A stretch of DNA of 60,767 bases, filler included, from 7 parts of 7 records of this genome joined end to end with filler, not necessarily neighbours in it, one strand, 5' to 3'; shown: positions 18,072 to 27,082, counted from the whole stretch's first letter. Translations and numbers: made by a program. Notes: generated by a model not told the origin, from the sequence alone.

Positions 18072-18171
18072 NNNNNNNNNNNNNNNNNNNNNNNNNNNNN
18101 NNNNNNNNNNNNNNNTTAATTAATTAANNNNNNNNNNNNNNNNNNNNNNNNNNNNNNNNNNNNNNNNNNNN
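18072..18171. other. Artificial contig linker
   Basis: 44 N + TTAATTAATTAA (stops in all six frames) + 44 N; composition changes across it. Confidence 0.98.
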
Positions 18172-18495
18172 GTAGAAATATACTTCATTTGTTAATAACG
18201 GCCCTACCCATTTAACAGTATCTTCTCTTTCAGGTCTTCTAGCTACTATAAACATTCCAATATTTTTCTGAGTTTGTGCCATTTTTAATCCTCTTTTAAA
18301 TGGAACAACTTTAAAGCTTTGATTTTTCTGACCTCTAATATCCATCATTGCTCTAACTATATCAGTTGCAAATCCAGTTGCCTGATTATTTTCCTGCCAT
18401 GTAAAAGGCTTAATATTATGTGTATAAAATTGAACTTCTGCCATAACTGTTGTGCTGATAATTAATGCTGCCACTATTGCTAATAACTTCTTCAT
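18172..18495 (-). CDS. Family 3 substrate-binding protein, N-terminal fragment
   Basis: Signal peptide, PF...GFATDIV, PFKRGL and RRPERE..VKWVGPL motifs; truncated by the linker. Confidence 0.8.
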
Positions 18496-18590
18496 TTTAT
18501 CACTCCCTTTATTAATTAAAATTTATATATATATTAGATTATAGATTTATTAAAATGCCAAAATTTATAAAATAAACTACTCTTTTAGTA

Positions 18591-18621
18591 AATTGGCAGA
18601 GGTTTGAATCCTCTGCCAATT
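18591..18621 (-). terminator. Terminator-like hairpin after mngB
   Basis: Perfect 12-bp IR AATTGGCAGAGG/CCTCTGCCAATT. Confidence 0.7.
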
Positions 18622-18682
18622 ATATATTCATAACTTATTAACTTTCTCTCTTTTATTAAACTCAATCGAGATTAAATTTTAA

Positions 18683-21325
18683 CTACTTAATTTCAACTGC
18701 GAAAGTTTTAACTTCACAAGCTTTAAACTCTCCTAAGTTAGTATCAGAGTTATAATCTACTATCTCTTCTTCTACTTCATTTAAATTTGTCACTGCTAAT
18801 GAAGTAACTTCTTTTCCTACAAATTTAATTGAATCTTCTATTGTAGTTTCTCTTGATGGATTAAAGAATCTGATGATTAATTTATCCTCTTTTTCTGATT
18901 TTTTAACTACACTTATAACTGTTCCGTCTTGAGCTTTTTCAAATAGTGAGAATGTATCCACCACTTTGAAATTAACGTCATTAAGTTTCATAGCGTTATA
19001 AGGAATCTTATTGTATGTATGAAGCTCTGTACAGAATTCTCTGGCTACAGCTGGAACTTTTGCATCAATTGTGTTTCCTTTATGTGAGAATAAAGCAAAT
19101 TTCGCTTTTAATTCACCGATCATTTGTGAATCAGGTGTAGGCATTTTGATTCCAGATGGTCTTCCAGGTCTGTATAATAGTTCTTCTTTACCTAATACCC
19201 CAACTGATCTGAATAAAGTAAGTGCCATTTGTGAGTAATCTTCACCGATGATTTCATACTCTCTGATACCGTTACTTAAGATAGCGAATCCTTCATCACC
19301 ATTTGTAAGTGCTGCAAATGAAAGCATTGGGTTGATTGCAACTGGTTTTTCTTTCCATTTTTGCTCTTCCCATATTGAATCAGCCGGCTCAATAACTGGT
19401 CTGTTGATTGTTCCAAATTGATTATCAGTGATTGAGTATTCAGATGCATAAGAAGTAGGACAGATAAATCTTACTCTATGATCTCTTGCCTGATTATTTA
19501 ATTTGATTTCACAGTCTACTCTTTTTACATCTTTACTAAGTGATACTGTTAATTCGAAATCAACTGTTGCATCTTTTACTCTGTTCGCTCTTGATTCCAG
19601 ATCAGCAGGAACATCCATTGTATATTTGATTACTGCTTTTTGTTCAAATGGAGTTACTTCATAAGTAACGTCAGCTTTCACATCTTCACTAGTGAATACC
19701 CAGTCATTTCTCATTGGCGAGAAGTCATACTCATCTCCATCGTCTGATCCGTTTTCAGCAAGTAAACAGTTTTCATATGTTTTATTAAGTTCTTTATCAG
19801 TTACATTAACCGATCCATTTTCATTAACTGTAATTTTATAGAAATCATTTTCTAATGCGTTGATTTCTTTAGTATCAGCTTCGATAATTTCAGATGTTTC
19901 ATCGTTTGCTTTTATATAATAAGTTTTATAACCCATTGCTGGAATTGATTCGTCAAATATTTGAATCTTTGATTCAACGAATGGTTCATATACTCCGTAA
20001 TGAACGATTTGTCTATCTACTAAGCCCGGATCAATTTCATAAGAATCAAGTATAGCATACTTAACAGGCTTCCCTTCTGCGTCATAAATTGAGAATCTAT
20101 TTGATCTGATTCTAGTAACTGTCTCTATTTTTTCTTTTCTTGCATATGGCATTAAGTTGAATACAGTTAATTTATCCATATCATCTTTGTTAGGCATTGC
20201 ATCAACGATTTTTCTTTTGTAGAAATTAATCAGATTATTAACCATATCGTCAGCTAATTCAAATCTAGCTAAGATTTGAGAGTGAACGATATCACTACAA
20301 CAACATCCGATACTATCGTGTGCATGGTTTTTCATGATGATTTTCCAGATTTTTTCTATTAATCCGTGATGATATTCAAACCCTAATGACCAAGCGATTG
20401 ATGCTAATGGTTCTAATACATTAGTAATTTTGTTTTCTATTTCAGCATGGATAATTTTGATATCCATTCTAGTTGAATAGATTGATTTATGAACTCTCAT
20501 ATATTTTCCGTCTAAGAATTCTCCCTTGATAGTATCAAGATTGTCAGCATTTGCTTCAAGTGCATCAAATACATGCTCGAATCTACTCATAAAGAAGTTT
20601 TTCTCAGGGTAAATTTCATTTAATTTATCCATTACTTCAAAGATATCTTTTTGGATAGGCATTTGATCATGACCGTTTGGTAAAATTAAGTGCTCTGTAG
20701 TTGCTCCATTTTCAAGAACTTTTAAGTAAGTATCAAGTCTTTTTTGAAGACCTTCTTTATTGTTTGGTAAGTATTTACCAATTGCATATCCTAACGGGAA
20801 TACTTGAGCTGTTACTTTTGAGTCAGCATGTCCTTCCCAGTGGAATTCAGTTTTGTTTGTTCCGTGCATTTCAGAACAACCTCTCCAGAATAAACTTCTA
20901 TTGATTCCAAATTTATTAAGAATTTGAGGCATTTGCTCAGATTGACCAAATGAATCAGGAAGGTATCCGATCATCATAGGATCTCCAAAAGGTTCACAAT
21001 CTTTTAGTCCGTATAAAAGGTTTCTAACTATTGATTCTCCACCAACGATAATTTCATCAGTTTGTGTATACCAAGGACCAATTATTAATTTTCCATCTTG
21101 GATTAATTTCGTTACTCTATCTGTATATTCAGGTTTAATGTCTAAGTAATCTTCTAATACAACTGTTTGACCATCTAAAACATAATATTTATATTCAGGA
21201 TCATTTTCTAGTCTGTCTATAATTTCTTCCATATTGTTAATAAGTAAAATTCTAGATTCCTCAGTCGTAAAATACCATTCTCTATCCCAATGCATATGTG
21301 GTACTACATGTACTTGTTTTTTCAT
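18683..21325 (-). CDS. mngB: Mannosylglycerate hydrolase (GH38 alpha-mannosidase)
   Basis: VHVVPHMHWDREWYF, GYLPDSFGQ, PNGHDQMP and HAHDSIGCCCSD motifs closely follow E. coli MngB; downstream of mngA. Confidence 0.92.
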   Translation of the reverse strand: MKKQVHVVPHMHWDREWYFTTEESRILLINNMEEIIDRLENDPEYKYYVLDGQTVVLEDYLDIKPEYTDRVTKLIQDGKLIIGPWYTQTDEIIVGGESIVRNLLYGLKDCEPFGDPMMIGYLPDSFGQSEQMPQILNKFGINRSLFWRGCSEMHGTNKTEFHWEGHADSKVTAQVFPLGYAIGKYLPNNKEGLQKRLDTYLKVLENGATTEHLILPNGHDQMPIQKDIFEVMDKLNEIYPEKNFFMSRFEHVFDALEANADNLDTIKGEFLDGKYMRVHKSIYSTRMDIKIIHAEIENKITNVLEPLASIAWSLGFEYHHGLIEKIWKIIMKNHAHDSIGCCCSDIVHSQILARFELADDMVNNLINFYKRKIVDAMPNKDDMDKLTVFNLMPYARKEKIETVTRIRSNRFSIYDAEGKPVKYAILDSYEIDPGLVDRQIVHYGVYEPFVESKIQIFDESIPAMGYKTYYIKANDETSEIIEADTKEINALENDFYKITVNENGSVNVTDKELNKTYENCLLAENGSDDGDEYDFSPMRNDWVFTSEDVKADVTYEVTPFEQKAVIKYTMDVPADLESRANRVKDATVDFELTVSLSKDVKRVDCEIKLNNQARDHRVRFICPTSYASEYSITDNQFGTINRPVIEPADSIWEEQKWKEKPVAINPMLSFAALTNGDEGFAILSNGIREYEIIGEDYSQMALTLFRSVGVLGKEELLYRPGRPSGIKMPTPDSQMIGELKAKFALFSHKGNTIDAKVPAVAREFCTELHTYNKIPYNAMKLNDVNFKVVDTFSLFEKAQDGTVISVVKKSEKEDKLIIRFFNPSRETTIEDSIKFVGKEVTSLAVTNLNEVEEEIVDYNSDTNLGEFKACEVKTFAVEIK

Positions 21326-21640
21326 TATTAATGAAACTCCCTTCAATGTTTAAAATTAACTCCATAAATCTTATAATTAGATTTATTAGCTGATTCTCAA
21401 CTTGTTTCGATTTTTTTTATTATTAGCAAATCTCTTTTTTTTAATCCTAATTCCTATTTTAATTACTCTGTCCACGAAAATTTTGAATAATATATAATTT
21501 TTAATCTCTCTTTTATCCTGTTATTTTGAACATCCCATATAACTTTATAACTAAGTCGAAGTTACGCTCTGAAAGATTAAACAATCCTTCTTTACCAGAT
21601 TTTACTCTTAAATCGTGGCTGCGTAACTTCTTCCAAGTAT

Positions 21641-21673
21641 TGCAGACTAGAGAGATAAACTCTCTAATCTGTA
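21641..21673 (-). other. Hairpin just after the mngA stop codon
   Basis: TGCAGACTAGAGAG/CTCTCTAATCTGTA imperfect IR without a strong U-tract on the coding strand. Confidence 0.6.
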
Positions 21674-21690
21674 TTATTTATTTTTTTAAA

Positions 21691-23619
21691 CTAAGCAGTT
21701 GCTCTTGTAGTGTGATATTTGTGTGCTTTTAATGCAGTTAAAGCTACTGTTGAGATAACTGTACCGATTAAAGCTGCTCCTAACCAGATTCCTGCTGATG
21801 TCATTTTAGACATCGTAGGATGAGCTTCTAATACTAACATTGATACAATTCCTGCTCCAGGAACTTGTAGTCCGATATTTGCTACTGCAATAATAGCTCC
21901 AGTTACTGCTGAACCTAAACAGAATGCAGGGATAACTCTGAACGGATCTTCGATCATCATTGGAATTGCACCTTCAGTGATTCCAGCAAGTCCAAGAATC
22001 CAAGTTGATTTACCAGCTTCAATTTCTTCTTCTATATAGTAATTAGGTTTTAAAATAGTTGATAATGTAGCTGTGAACGCTGATACCATTTTAATAGAAG
22101 CAAATGCACAGTACGGCATGTAGTTACCATTACTCATAGCACCGATACAGAATGCGTATGCTGCTTTGTTTACTGGTCCACCTAAATCGAATGAAACCAT
22201 ACATCCTAGAACTACACCAAGTATTGCTGCATTTCCACCTTGTAATCCGTTAAGGAAACTTGTTAATCCATCATTTAATGCTCTTGCAGGTGGTCCAACA
22301 AGGAATAACATAGCTGAACCTGAAATGAATGAACCTAATACAGGGTATAAGTAGAAAGTAAAGAAACCATTTAAAGATTTAGAACCTTTAACGTTAGCTT
22401 TAATCCATCTCATAGTGTAACCAGCAATGAAACCTCCGGCCATACCACCTAAGAAACCTGAACCAATAAGATTAGCTGCAACCCCTGCTGCAAAACCTGG
22501 ACCTAAACCTGGTTTTTCTGCTAGCGAGAATGACATATACGCTGATAATACAGGAACCATTAATCCACCAAGCATACCGCCACCAAGTTTTCTATACATC
22601 CATAACCAAGAACCTGATTGACCATAAAGCTCTTGTAATCCGAAGAACTGAGCAATAAGTACCGCGATTGCTAAGATTGTACCACCGGCAACTATTAATG
22701 GAACGATATGAGAGATACCTGTAAGAAGTGCTCTTTTAGCCATTTCTTTTCCAGATAATTCTTTTCTACCTCCGCCACCAGTAGCAGCTTTAGTTCTTTG
22801 TCCTCCACCTTGCTTAGCCATCTCGACAGCTTTTTTAACAAGCTCTTCTGCCTTTCTTAGTGGTTCTGCAACAGGTACTTCTATTATAGGAAGTCCGTCA
22901 AATCTTTCTGACTCTTTAATTGCTACTTCACAGGCGAATATTACCGCTCCTGCATTGTTAAGAGCTTCGTTAGATAATCTTCCATCTATTCCGTTTGCTC
23001 CTTGTTTTTCAACTACTACATTAACTCCAAGTCTTTTTCCTGCTTTTTCTAATGCGTCAGCTGCCATATATGTATGAGCAACTCCTGCAGGACAAGCTGT
23101 AACTGCAACAATAGTTACTTTATTTTTATCCACTACTTCAACACCATCCTTTTTTTCTTCTTCTCCAGAAAGTATTTTTAAAAATTCCGCCGAATCATTA
23201 ACCGCCATTAACTGCTCTAAAACTTCATCATCTGATACTCTGATACTTAATTTAGTTAAGATATCGATATGAGTTGATCCTGCTTCAGCTTTAGGTATAG
23301 CAAGTAATACGATTAAACTTACATCTGTATCATCTTCATCGATACTGTCCCAATCCTTGATTGGTGAGCTAACTCTCGCTACAGCAATTGAAGCGTTTTT
23401 AACTGCGTCTGATTTTCCATGTGGGATCGCAAGCCCCTCTCCTAATCCCGTAGGACTTTGTTTCTCTCTAGCCATTACATCAGTAAAGAATTGCTCTTTA
23501 GATGTAATCATTCCTTCATCATAAAGTTTAGAAATAAGTGCTTTTAATGCTTCTTCTCTGTTGGCATATTGAGTATTTAAAACAACTAAATTTTCATTTG
23601 TTAAACCTTTTAGATTCAT
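21691..23619 (-). CDS. mngA: PTS 2-O-alpha-mannosyl-D-glycerate EIIABC
   Basis: IIA AIPHGKS, IIB VTACPAGVAHTYMAA, IIC SFDLGGPVNKAAY; close to E. coli MngA; AGGAGGAG RBS before ATG 23619. Confidence 0.92.
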   Translation of the reverse strand: MNLKGLTNENLVVLNTQYANREEALKALISKLYDEGMITSKEQFFTDVMAREKQSPTGLGEGLAIPHGKSDAVKNASIAVARVSSPIKDWDSIDEDDTDVSLIVLLAIPKAEAGSTHIDILTKLSIRVSDDEVLEQLMAVNDSAEFLKILSGEEEKKDGVEVVDKNKVTIVAVTACPAGVAHTYMAADALEKAGKRLGVNVVVEKQGANGIDGRLSNEALNNAGAVIFACEVAIKESERFDGLPIIEVPVAEPLRKAEELVKKAVEMAKQGGGQRTKAATGGGGRKELSGKEMAKRALLTGISHIVPLIVAGGTILAIAVLIAQFFGLQELYGQSGSWLWMYRKLGGGMLGGLMVPVLSAYMSFSLAEKPGLGPGFAAGVAANLIGSGFLGGMAGGFIAGYTMRWIKANVKGSKSLNGFFTFYLYPVLGSFISGSAMLFLVGPPARALNDGLTSFLNGLQGGNAAILGVVLGCMVSFDLGGPVNKAAYAFCIGAMSNGNYMPYCAFASIKMVSAFTATLSTILKPNYYIEEEIEAGKSTWILGLAGITEGAIPMMIEDPFRVIPAFCLGSAVTGAIIAVANIGLQVPGAGIVSMLVLEAHPTMSKMTSAGIWLGAALIGTVISTVALTALKAHKYHTTRATA

Positions 23620-23723
23620 TTTCTCCTCCTCTATCGCTTTCCTAATTTGCAGCGAATCTTTACAACTTAGAAAAATAATACATCCTAATAGATAGTCCCT
23701 CGTAAGTAGTATACTACATTTAA

Positions 23724-23795
23724 GGTGTCTATACAGGTTAACCTGTTTAAAAAAAATCCGAATACACATGTTCGGCCGCAACTTGTATATACAGG
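23724..23795. promoter_or_regulatory. Two GntR/HutC-type operators
   Basis: GGTGTCTATACAGG (23724-23737) and ACTTGTATATACAGG (23781-23795) fit the HutC-subfamily GT-N-TA-N-AC palindrome; lie between the promoter and mngA. Confidence 0.65.
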
Positions 23796-23841
23796 ACAAT
23801 TGGGTAAAAAAAATATTAATTTGTTCTGCTATCTTGCTAAG

Positions 23842-23870
23842 AGTATACTTTCAAAACACAATTTTGTCAA
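23842..23870 (-). promoter_or_regulatory. Near-consensus sigma70 promoter of mngAB
   Basis: Minus strand TTGACA-N17-TATACT. Confidence 0.8.
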
Positions 23871-24147
23871 ATACTTTTTTTAGGCTTTTTTAAGTTTTCC
23901 TCTGGTATACCCCAAGAAACTTAGTATTTGCTAAGCTACGGACGAAGCTATAAACCAGAAATTTTTTTAAAAAATTTTAACTTAGTATACTCCAAACAAG
24001 TTTGATCAAGGTTGCTTTGTGTTTTTTTAGATATTTTTATCCGTATTTAATGCAAAAACAAAACAAATTTTTGGCTCACGAAAAATCAATCACGATTAAA
24101 AGTAAACAAAACTCTTTCTAACCTTTCAGTATACTTTCCCAATACAT

Positions 24148-24178
24148 AAAAAAACAGCTGAAAATTTCAGCTGTTTTT
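24148..24178. terminator. Bidirectional intrinsic terminator after mngR
   Basis: AAAAACAGCTGAAA/TTTCAGCTGTTTTT inverted repeat with A- and T-tracts. Confidence 0.8.
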
Positions 24179-24234
24179 ATATAATATATATCTTTTACAA
24201 ACCAAGTTTATTAATAACCCTTACTACATTTAGT

Positions 24235-24939
24235 TTACTTCTTTAAGATTTGCAAAAATCTGTACTTTTTTTGGTTATAAAAAATCTTAGTATACTCCAA
24301 AAGTTCATTATTTTGAGAATAAGATGTAATCTCTACTTTAAAAGCAGCCATATTTTTATCCATTTCCAAAATATCCTGAACTTTCTTTTCAGGAATAATA
24401 GCAAAGTACTCCTTTGTCATTTTATCTATTTCATAACCTTTACTTCTAACATAATCATATTTTGATTTTTCCATATTCTTTTTCGTCATATCGTCAAACA
24501 TCGATTTTCTCATATTAGTGATCTCTAATACAACCGGTTCTCCATCAAGACATCTAAGTCTTTCTGCATAAATTATATCTTCTGTTACATCAATCTTCAT
24601 CTTTTTAGCAACCATTACATTTGGTTTCTTTATTCTATAATCCAGAACTTTTGTACTGGGAACACTTCCCGAGTCAAGAGTCCTCTTCTGGAAACCAACC
24701 ATTTGATCCAGATAAACAGGCAGTTTATCCTCTCTATCTACAACAAATGTTCCTTTCCCCATTATCTTATATAGATAATTTCTTGCTACCAAATTTTCAA
24801 TAGCTTTTCTCGCAGTCATTCTACTTGTATTAAATTTATCTGCAAGTTGATTTTCTGACAATATTTTGTCATTAGGGCTATAGAAGCCGTTTCTAATATT
24901 TTTCATAATAAATTCTTCGATTTCAATATATTTAATCAT
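24235..24939 (-). CDS. GntR/HutC family regulator with UTRA domain (MngR-like)
   Basis: SENQLADKFNTSRMTARKA wHTH, GKGTFV, ERLRCLDGEPV; upstream of mngAB. Confidence 0.9.
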   Translation of the reverse strand: MIKYIEIEEFIMKNIRNGFYSPNDKILSENQLADKFNTSRMTARKAIENLVARNYLYKIMGKGTFVVDREDKLPVYLDQMVGFQKRTLDSGSVPSTKVLDYRIKKPNVMVAKKMKIDVTEDIIYAERLRCLDGEPVVLEITNMRKSMFDDMTKKNMEKSKYDYVRSKGYEIDKMTKEYFAIIPEKKVQDILEMDKNMAAFKVEITSYSQNNELLEYTKIFYNQKKYRFLQILKK

Positions 24940-25351
24940 AGCATTCTCCTAGATTTCACACTTTCCATAATAATTCCACACTTATTCCAAAAAAACCTTT
25001 TGCATAACTTAATAACAAGCCGGATTTTAAAGCTTGAAACTCTATTCTTTACCAGAGTTCAATAAAACTATACAGGTTTTCATCCTTCTATATAGAATAT
25101 TATCCAAGTATAACACAATTAAGCTTATTTTTATACATTTTTTTGAATATTTTCAAGTCAAACTTGTAAATACCGCTATATATAATATACAGGTAAATAC
25201 ATGTATACTTTAATTTTCATATTTAAGAGATTCATATGATTTTAACTTTATTTACTATTCAAGTCATGTTAAAATATAAATATATTTAATATATCTGTAT
25301 TTTAGTTTCTTTTTGATACACCACTTCGCTAAAAATCCTTAAAGCACGGGA

Positions 25352-25451
25352 NNNNNNNNNNNNNNNNNNNNNNNNNNNNNNNNNNNNNNNNNNNNTTAAT
25401 TAATTAANNNNNNNNNNNNNNNNNNNNNNNNNNNNNNNNNNNNNNNNNNNN
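25352..25451. other. Artificial contig linker
   Basis: 44 N + TTAATTAATTAA + 44 N. Confidence 0.98.
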
Positions 25452-25470
25452 ATGGCATGTTTCCGTTTTG

Positions 25471-25500
25471 ATACCCCGTAGTTTACTGAGGGGAGCTTCA
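25471..25500 (+). repeat. REP-like or IS200/IS605-end-like hairpin
   Basis: CCCCGTAG-TTTA-CTGAGGGG imperfect hairpin followed by AGCTTCA; no transposase in the contig. Confidence 0.35.
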
Positions 25501-25566
25501 TTTTGTTACCTATGTAAATTGAGAGGATATTTTGAAATTGTTCTATTTTTCAGCAATACATTATGA

Positions 25567-25594
25567 TTGACTTATGGTCAAATTGATATATAAT
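25567..25594 (+). promoter_or_regulatory. Sigma70 promoter with a palindrome over -35
   Basis: TTGACT-N16-TATAAT; TTGAC-TTATG-GTCAA inverted repeat at 25567-25581. Confidence 0.65.
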
Positions 25595-25604
25595 TATACT
25601 TAAT

Positions 25605-25736
25605 TTGGCGCTCTTTGATTCAAGGTAATTCTATTTCGCATCATTGGGACCACTCGTTTAATGGGGTTTGACGGGTGAATACGCAACTGGAAACACCATC
25701 GAAAACCTTGAAGGTCGATTAGGGGGAGTGCGCCAA
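25605..25736 (+). ncRNA. Candidate structured leader or sRNA (unassigned family)
   Basis: Nested pairings TTGGCGC/GCGCCAA and TTCAAGGT/ACCTTGAA enclosing two hairpins; starts just after a promoter. Confidence 0.5.
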
Positions 25737-25779
25737 CATTATAACCTTTTTAAAATAGTTTAGGGTTAGGGGAATTATT

Positions 25780-26250
25780 ATGAAAAAGATAGTTGCGTAT
25801 GCTTTCATTGCCATTGCCGTGATAGGTTTTACAATCAGCAATCCAACATCAGTGGAAGCCTATTCCGTATTCATCGGTTACCAGAATATGAACTATTATG
25901 ATGTCGTTGAAGTGTTACCCGCGAATCAGCGTATAGCTACGTACATTGAGGCTTGGGACTTTTTCACGGCTTCGCCCGGAACCGGGACGGAGGATTTTTG
26001 CGGCGTTGCTGTGGACCCTGGATTCAATCCTGAATGGGATGACATGAGATACCTGGAGATATTGTGGGAATACTGGGTTGAACCAAAACAATGGACTCGA
26101 ATTTCCACAGTATGGTTACAGAATTGGGTGAGCGATGACGGCTTCTATATCTATTGTGAGGAAGCAACCTCTGTTCCAATTCCCGGAGCCGCATGGCTTT
26201 TAGGGACCGGTTTACTGGCTGTTTGGGGATTCAGGAGAAAGACCGCTTAA
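25780..26250 (+). CDS. PEP-CTERM (VPLPA-CTERM type) surface protein
   Basis: Signal peptide (VEA) and C-terminal VPIPGAAWLLGTGLLAVWGFRRK sorting signal. Confidence 0.9.
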   Translation: MKKIVAYAFIAIAVIGFTISNPTSVEAYSVFIGYQNMNYYDVVEVLPANQRIATYIEAWDFFTASPGTGTEDFCGVAVDPGFNPEWDDMRYLEILWEYWVEPKQWTRISTVWLQNWVSDDGFYIYCEEATSVPIPGAAWLLGTGLLAVWGFRRKTA

Positions 26251-26279
26251 TATAAGAATACTTCAATAATCCCGTGAGG

Positions 26280-26370
26280 AGCAGCGGGGAATTGCTTCTC
26301 GCCTGCTTTTTAAGAATTCATGGTGGAGCCATAAAGGTTCCGCCATTTTCATTACCCCCGGGTGGATGAA
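26280..26370. terminator. Cluster of terminator-like hairpins between convergent genes
   Basis: AGCAGCGGGGAA...TTCTCGCCTGCT+TTTT, ATGGTGGAGCC/GGTTCCGCCAT+TTT, and a weaker third hairpin. Confidence 0.7.
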
Positions 26371-26387
26371 TGTATAAAAAACTTTAT

Positions 26388-26750
26388 TCAGTCTTGCATT
26401 CCACCCTTTTCTGAATCGAACAGGATAATATTAGGACTTTTCTTGTGTCGGGCTTTTCCTTTCCAAGCATTTCCGTCCGCAAAATCAATTTTTACAGTAA
26501 CATCTCTATGCCCACTGAAATAATGATCGCTTGTAAGTTTGGTCAAATCATTTGTAAATACTCCATGGTCCAGCCGATACATCTGCTGGGCCTGGTCAAG
26601 GCTCATTAAGACCGACCTGGCAAGCAAGTCGCAAGCTTTTATCAATTTTTGATCGGGAGTTTCGGCTATTGCCGGGGACGCGCTTAGAAAAAGCAAGGCT
26701 AATAATAACGGGGTAGTTTTTGCAGTTAAAATAGACAGTCTTTTAAACAT
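26388..26750 (-). CDS. Secreted protein with a type IV pilin-like globular domain
   Basis: Sec signal (AIA-E); ARSVLMSLDQAQQMYRLDHGVFTNDL resembles the pilin alpha1-C segment; no prepilin G|FTLIE motif. Confidence 0.6.
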   Translation of the reverse strand: MFKRLSILTAKTTPLLLALLFLSASPAIAETPDQKLIKACDLLARSVLMSLDQAQQMYRLDHGVFTNDLTKLTSDHYFSGHRDVTVKIDFADGNAWKGKARHKKSPNIILFDSEKGGMQD

Positions 26751-27082
26751 TATACTTCCTCCAGCCGCAAAGTCGGGCGGTTTGGTTGAAGCGGATCATT
26801 CCAAGACCTTTGTAGTTAGATCATAGATAAATAATCCATGATTCGCATTTTAATTTCAAGGCGGGCGTGAAATGGACTGTCCACTGCAAATTATTTTGCA
26901 CACCGCACTCTTTTATTTTATCTTTTGGATATAAAGACACTACATATTTAATTTTGAATCCCGGAAAACATGCAACCGATTCGCATAAAATCTGTTTGAG
27001 GATTCAAGAAACATGCACTCCCTGGGTAATTTTTATCGCAAAAATTTTGAATAAGAGAAAATTCCTGTATTTGGGGGGCGAA

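Noticed and set aside
18116-18127. TTAATTAATTAA recurring six times as a biological repeat
   Set aside because: Always centred in N runs of fixed length; it is a six-frame-stop linker
18591-18621. GGTTTGAATCC resembling a tRNA T-loop
   Set aside because: No D-arm, anticodon arm or CCA; it is the loop region of a perfect hairpin after mngB
23620-23799. N-terminal extension of MngA (likewise 26867-27082 of TPR-CHAT and 713-853 of the permease)
   Set aside because: Downstream starts have better RBS, gene overlap or family-typical N-termini
25452-25620. Sigma54 promoter for the PEP-CTERM gene (TGGCAT at 25453, TGGCGC at 25606)
   Set aside because: Neither has GC at the required -12 spacing
25605-25736. 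Retron msr-msd, 6S RNA or lysine riboswitch identity
   Set aside because: No reverse transcriptase in the contig; too short and lacking the recognisable conserved cores of 6S or L-box RNAs
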